The position numbers were made by a program, and so were the translations under genes. Shown in pieces: positions 59,209 to 64,000 of a DNA stretch of 64,000 nucleotides (its first letter is position 1; each line of letters starts with the position of its first letter). This DNA is from an uncultured Candidatus Saccharibacteria bacterium (lineage in GTDB: Bacteria > Patescibacteriota > Saccharimonadia > Saccharimonadales > CAYUUR01). Below the pieces are notes generated by a model. The model was not told the origin of the DNA. It did not search any database and saw only the letters and a program-made list of their open reading frames with translations. The stretch covers positions 247,371 through 311,370 of the forward strand of contig CAYUUR010000001.1 of NCBI GenBank assembly GCA_964448075.1. Reading direction: 5' to 3'.

Positions 59209-60638
59209 AACACCCGAACCTTAATCGTATCTGTTGCACCGACAACCCCAGGATATTGTCCAGAAGCCGTAACAACAATGTCACCCTTTTTTAGCACTTT
59301 TTGCGATTGCAGCCAGTTAGTAAGCTTCGTTGCAGCCAATTTATCAACTGGGCGAACGTATGTTTTGATGCCGTATACGAGCGCAAGCTGTTGTGCAACA
59401 CGCTCGTCAGGGCTAACAGCAATTATCGGCATGCGCGGTCTGTGAGAAGATATTTCAACGGCCGTAGCACCTGATTTCGTTTCTGCGATTACCGCTCTGG
59501 CACCAATGCGTGATGCTAAATCAATCACTGCCGAGCTAATCGCAGCCTGTCGAGAATACTGACTTCTTGTGCCAAATGTTACCGTTAACGGGTTATTAGC
59601 CTCAGTATATTTAACGACGCGATGCATAACCTTAGCCGCTTCAATCGGATACCTACCGTTAGCAGTTTCATCACTCAACATGACGCAATCAGCACCAATA
59701 ATAACAGCCGTTGCCACGTCGGATACCTCAGCACGTGTTGGTTCTGGAACTTCTGTCATACTCGCCAGCATTTGGGTTGCGACAATACTCGGCTTGCCAT
59801 ACTGAATGCCAAGACCGACAATTCGCCGTTGCAATATCGGTACTGATTCTGGTTGCGTTTCGATTGCTAGATCACCCCGCGCCACCATGACAGCATCTGC
59901 CGCCTGCATAATTGGCTCCAAATTATCAACCGCTGCCCTAGTCTCAATCTTGGCAATAATCTTTGCGGTGCTGCCGAGGTTCTTGAGCATAGTGCGGAGT
60001 TTTACAATATCGCGATCATGCTGTACAAAGCTTAACGCAACATAATCAATATCGTTCACACTACCAAAAGCAATGTCCTCACGATCTTTTTTGGTCAAAA
60101 TATCACCAGCAAAGTCCGTATCGGGCAGATTAAGCCCCTTCCGCTTTATCAAGATTCCATCATTCTCGGCTCGAGCGTGTATAACACCCTCTGTCACTGA
60201 AGTTACCATGGCACGAACCCTGCCATCGTACAGGAACATTTGCTCACCACGTTTCATTTTTTTTGACAGATCATATTGCACGGGAATAATACCGTCTTTT
60301 TCATAGTCCGCCTGGTAAGCAAACCGAAGCTGCTGGCCTAATTGAACATTAATTACACCGTCAAAGTCACCGAGTCGAATTTTTGGCCCTTGCAAATCCT
60401 GAATAATGGCAACCTGCTTATACAGCTCTTTACTTGCCTTACGAATCCAGGCTATCTGCTCGACTCGTTCTTGATGCGTCCCATGACTAAAATTTAGCCG
60501 GAAACCACTGGCACCCGACTCAATAAGCTGACAAATGCCTTCGTAGCTATTTGTAGCCGGACCAATCGTAACGATTATCTTGGTGTGTATATGATGGTCC
60601 ATGCTGTGGTGATCGGAAAGTGGTGTGCGTGCTGTCAT
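59205..60638 (-). CDS. pyk: Pyruvate kinase
   Basis: 477 aa with TKIIVTIGPA, NFSHG, IAKIE, MVARGDL and a C-terminal regulatory domain. An ATGA overlap joins it to pgk. Confidence 0.95.
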   Translation of the reverse strand: MTARTPLSDHHSMDHHIHTKIIVTIGPATNSYEGICQLIESGASGFRLNFSHGTHQERVEQIAWIRKASKELYKQVAIIQDLQGPKIRLGDFDGVINVQLGQQLRFAYQADYEKDGIIPVQYDLSKKMKRGEQMFLYDGRVRAMVTSVTEGVIHARAENDGILIKRKGLNLPDTDFAGDILTKKDREDIAFGSVNDIDYVALSFVQHDRDIVKLRTMLKNLGSTAKIIAKIETRAAVDNLEPIMQAADAVMVARGDLAIETQPESVPILQRRIVGLGIQYGKPSIVATQMLASMTEVPEPTRAEVSDVATAVIIGADCVMLSDETANGRYPIEAAKVMHRVVKYTEANNPLTVTFGTRSQYSRQAAISSAVIDLASRIGARAVIAETKSGATAVEISSHRPRMPIIAVSPDERVAQQLALVYGIKTYVRPVDKLAATKLTNWLQSQKVLKKGDIVVTASGQYPGVVGATDTIKVRVL

Positions 60639-60689
60639 ACGAATATAAGTGTACCTGTCTGGGTTAAACTTTTCTAGAAGAACTTATGC

Positions 60690-63056
60690 TTACTTGCGGG
60701 CTAGCTTGGCTTCGGTAGCCACAATATCTAACGTTGTCTTCACTACCGTGTCAGGGGCGAGCGACATACTATCAATGCCTATCTCAACCAAAAAGCGGGC
60801 GAATTCTGGGTAGTCGGATGGTGCCTGTCCACATAGGCCGATCTTAGTCTTGGTCTTCTTAGCAACCTTTACCACATGTCTTATTAGTTCTTTTACTGCT
60901 TCATTATTCTCGTTGTAAACATGCGCGACGGTTGAATTATCCCTGTCGACTCCAAGTGTTAACTGAGTTAAATCATTTGACCCGATCGAAAATCCGTCAA
61001 ACAACTCAGCAAACTGCTCAGCCAAGATGACATTAGAAGGAATTTCAATCATGACATAGACTTCAAAGTCGTTTACCCCGCGCTTTAGGCCCGCCTTCTC
61101 CATGATCGATAGGACATTCTTGGCTTCGGTTAGATCACGGCAAAACGGCACCATCGCTTTAACATTAGTCAGGCCCATTTCGTCCCGAACTTTTTTGAAC
61201 GCTTTACATTCCAACTCAAATGCAGCACGGTATTCTGGTGAGTAGTAACGACTGGCGCCTCGCCATCCAATCATCGGGTTATTCTCGACTGGCTCAAATT
61301 GTGTGCCACCAATCAGACCAGCATATTCATTTGTCTTAAAGTCACTAAAGCGAATAATCACATCATTGGGGTGAAAAGCTGCAGCGATAATCGATATACC
61401 TTCGGCAAGCTTGTCGACAAAATACTCAGATTTATCTTTGTATCCCTTAGTAATCTCTTCGATCTTCCGACGAGTCGCCGCGTCAGTAACTTTGTCAAAG
61501 TGCAATAATGCCAGCGGGTGGACCTTGATATGTGAATCAATGATAAATTCTTCACGCGCCAACCCAACCCCATCGTTAGGAATCATAGAGTACGCAAAGG
61601 CGTGGTCAGGCGAACCAATATTCATCATCATCTTGGTCTTTGGCCGCTGTAAGTTCTTTACATCGGTACGATTAACCTTGTAGGCCAATTCACCCTCGTA
61701 AACATAGCCGTCATCACCCTCAGCACAGCTGACAGTTATCATTTGTTTGTTGGCAATTTTGCGAGTTGCATCGCCCGCCCCTACGACACACGGAATCCCC
61801 AGCTCTCTAGAAACAATCGCTGCATGGCACGTACGACCACCTTTATCGGTCACAATCGCGCTCGCTTGCTTCATGATTGGCACCCAATCAGGGTCGGTCA
61901 TAGTAGTTACCAGCACGTCACCCGTTTTGAAGGTGGCAATATCATCAAGGCTCATGATCTTACTAGCCCGACCAACGCCAATTCGACTACCTACACTGGT
62001 GCCTTGCGTCAGCACCTTGCTCTTGGATTCTAGTTTGTATTCCTCAACAACATTTAGATCTTTACGCGACTGAACAGTCTCTGAACGCGCTTGTACGATA
62101 TATAGTTTGCCGTCTTCTTCGTCCAGCGCCCACTCAATGTCCATTGGCTTGCCGTAATGATTTTCGATTTCAAGTGCCCACTTAGCAAGTGTTTTTACTT
62201 GCTCGTCAGTGATTGAATATCGCTCTTGGTCAGCCTTCGACACCGATACATTTCGCGTTCGGCTTAGGGACTGCGGTACCATCTTTTCTTTTTTGGTACC
62301 AACGCGTTTCTTGAGGATCGCTAGTGTCGGCTTGAACACCACAAACTCATCCGGACTCACGCGGCCTTGTACAATATTCTCGCCAATTCCATAAATCGAG
62401 GTGATGACAACCGCATTACGAAAGCCCGTCTCGGTGTCAATCGTAAACATAACGCCAGCAGCTTCGCTTTTGACGGCCACCATCTGCTGAATCCCAACTG
62501 ACAAAGCTACCTTCATATGCTCAAACTTATTCTCAACCCGATATACGATCGCACGATCAGTGAACAATGACGCAATACAGGACTTGGTTGCCTTAAGTAC
62601 CTGTCTCTCACCACTTATATTTAGGTACGTTTCTTGTTGTCCGGCAAAAGAAGCGTTTGGTAGATCCTCGGCAGTAGCAGAAGAACGGACAGCTACAGTT
62701 ACATTCTTACGTCCACACTGTCGGCTAAGTTCTCTATAGCCTTGCTTGATCTCCTCGGCAAAATCATCTGGTAGTTTGGCCTTGGTGATAATTTTGCGGA
62801 TTTTGGCACCGCGCTTTTTTAGATCCTTAAGGTTGTGGATGTCTAAGTCTCGTAAGACTTTTTCGATCTCAGCGCGTATTCCTGCTTGTTCAAGAAAGTA
62901 ATAGTAGCTTTGGGATGTGGTAGCAAAGCCATTTGGCAAATTAATACCCTTTGGCGCAAGGTGCTTGTACATTTCGCCCAAAGAGGCGTTCTTTCCCCCA
63001 ACCTCAGGGATATCTTCAATAGCAATGTCTTTGAAAAATTTTGTGTATTTGTTCAT
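60690..63056 (-). CDS. ppsA: Phosphoenolpyruvate synthase (pyruvate, water dikinase)
   Basis: 788 aa. It has the ATP-grasp N-domain (VGGKNASLGEM), the phospho-His domain (GGRTCHAAIVSRELGIPCVVG) and a PEP-utilising TIM barrel (GSNDLTQ). Confidence 0.95.
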   Translation of the reverse strand: MNKYTKFFKDIAIEDIPEVGGKNASLGEMYKHLAPKGINLPNGFATTSQSYYYFLEQAGIRAEIEKVLRDLDIHNLKDLKKRGAKIRKIITKAKLPDDFAEEIKQGYRELSRQCGRKNVTVAVRSSATAEDLPNASFAGQQETYLNISGERQVLKATKSCIASLFTDRAIVYRVENKFEHMKVALSVGIQQMVAVKSEAAGVMFTIDTETGFRNAVVITSIYGIGENIVQGRVSPDEFVVFKPTLAILKKRVGTKKEKMVPQSLSRTRNVSVSKADQERYSITDEQVKTLAKWALEIENHYGKPMDIEWALDEEDGKLYIVQARSETVQSRKDLNVVEEYKLESKSKVLTQGTSVGSRIGVGRASKIMSLDDIATFKTGDVLVTTMTDPDWVPIMKQASAIVTDKGGRTCHAAIVSRELGIPCVVGAGDATRKIANKQMITVSCAEGDDGYVYEGELAYKVNRTDVKNLQRPKTKMMMNIGSPDHAFAYSMIPNDGVGLAREEFIIDSHIKVHPLALLHFDKVTDAATRRKIEEITKGYKDKSEYFVDKLAEGISIIAAAFHPNDVIIRFSDFKTNEYAGLIGGTQFEPVENNPMIGWRGASRYYSPEYRAAFELECKAFKKVRDEMGLTNVKAMVPFCRDLTEAKNVLSIMEKAGLKRGVNDFEVYVMIEIPSNVILAEQFAELFDGFSIGSNDLTQLTLGVDRDNSTVAHVYNENNEAVKELIRHVVKVAKKTKTKIGLCGQAPSDYPEFARFLVEIGIDSMSLAPDTVVKTTLDIVATEAKLARK

Positions 63057-63092
63057 GGCAACCTTAGTTAATGTTTATGGTTACATTATACA

Positions 63093-63998
63093 TCAGCTGT
63101 TACGAATATGTATGGCCCGCTCTGAGCGATCGCACAGTAACGGCAACATCGCCAGCCACAGTATCATTTCTACTTGCACGTTTATATTGTTTCCAAGCAC
63201 ATACATGACACTCACAAGCAATACACTGACCTGCAAGTTTGACTCACGGTTTTTCACTAAATACGCGGAGCGAAAAGCCAGCAGTAGTATTATCAACAGC
63301 AACAGCGTAACGATAATGCCGCGCTCCACCAGCGTATCAATGAGATAATTATGGCTACTCTCAAATCTCCAACCTTCCGCAAAAGATGCCGCCAGCAACG
63401 GAGAGGAGTCTGAGTTATGCGTTATAGCGGCCTCTACTGCACCCATTCCTCCGCCAAACAGTACTGCTGGCAAAATCGAAGGCATTGCAGCAACCACTAA
63501 ACTTTTGCGGAAGCTAATACTCTCTGTCAGATAATCGTTATTCATAACACGATTACTAGTGAGTACGGCCAGCATACTGCAGACTACAAGGCCTACTACA
63601 ACGCCAAGCAGCATTGCGCGTTTGTTCCTGTGGGCGAACACTAGATAGATCACTGATGCAAGTAAGGCGAGAACGATTGTCAGACGCGTACCAGACAGGA
63701 TAACGCAGCATGTCAGGAAGATCTGACAGCCAACTATCAACCGCTTACGCGCCTTAAATTCATGAAAAAGCCACCAGCCAATCACGATACCAACCAGCCA
63801 CAAAAACGAAGCATAGTGCACTTGAACACCCAAAGCGCCCAGTCGCTCACTTGAACTCTGCAGCAACAAGTTAAGCAGGCCCCACAAAGTAATCAGGCCG
63901 TATGCAACCACCAGAATCAGTCTCTTGTTCTGCTCTTGTAACCAAAATAACCCACAGGCCACGCTTGCCCATAATGAAAGTATGCTTGGATGTAGCAA
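63093..63998 (-). CDS. O-antigen ligase/polymerase-like polytopic membrane protein (5' end probably beyond window)
   Basis: It is over 300 aa with about 9 TM segments. SHNYLIDTLVERGII resembles the Wzy_C/O-antigen ligase loop motif. The frame is still open at the window edge. Confidence 0.6.
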   Translation of the reverse strand: MLHPSILSLWASVACGLFWLQEQNKRLILVVAYGLITLWGLLNLLLQSSSERLGALGVQVHYASFLWLVGIVIGWWLFHEFKARKRLIVGCQIFLTCCVILSGTRLTIVLALLASVIYLVFAHRNKRAMLLGVVVGLVVCSMLAVLTSNRVMNNDYLTESISFRKSLVVAAMPSILPAVLFGGGMGAVEAAITHNSDSSPLLAASFAEGWRFESSHNYLIDTLVERGIIVTLLLLIILLLAFRSAYLVKNRESNLQVSVLLVSVMYVLGNNINVQVEMILWLAMLPLLCDRSERAIHIRNS

Positions 63999-64000
63999 AG

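Overview
This is a 64-kb, gene-dense window. I can support about 60 protein genes, most on the minus strand and many with 1-40 nt overlaps. The gene content includes LysM/CHAP and DUF348-G5 wall hydrolases, MltG, an FtsA-like protein, signal peptidase I, an F-type ATPase and the glycolytic block ppsA-pyk-pgk-tpiA. It also includes minimal versions of housekeeping enzymes and many lineage-specific membrane or secreted hypotheticals. This fits a small-genome Gram-positive-type bacterium, possibly Saccharibacteria/CPR-like, but that placement is inference only. Highlights follow. (1) A ~540-nt intergenic region at 50.9-51.4 kb has no coding potential but at least a dozen nested helices, four of them perfect 11-12 bp stems. 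It is a candidate large structured ncRNA that I cannot assign to any family. (2) A ~220-nt riboswitch-like leader at 17.56-17.79 kb ends in a hairpin that is both an intrinsic terminator and an SD sequester. It sits in front of a hexapeptide-repeat protein gene. (3) An 11-gene NAD salvage / ADP-ribose recycling cluster spans 28.2-38.9 kb. Its genes are nadD, nadE, nrtR, a His-phosphatase, an ADP-ribosylglycohydrolase, pncA, pncB, pnuC, nadR, a NUDT9-like Nudix and a kinase-fold protein. Four copies of a 27-bp palindrome (TAsTwAGTGT-N7-ACACTwAsTA) lie on and just downstream of its divergent promoters, and I predict they are NrtR operators. (4) A tmRNA gene (46137-46517, minus) is invisible to an ORF track. 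(5) The F-ATPase operon is atpFHAGDC, with no adjacent a or c subunit genes. By eye I recognised no CRISPR array, rRNA, tRNA, transposase or integrase. Coordinates I derived by hand (RNAs, motifs, revised starts) may be off by 1-2 nt.
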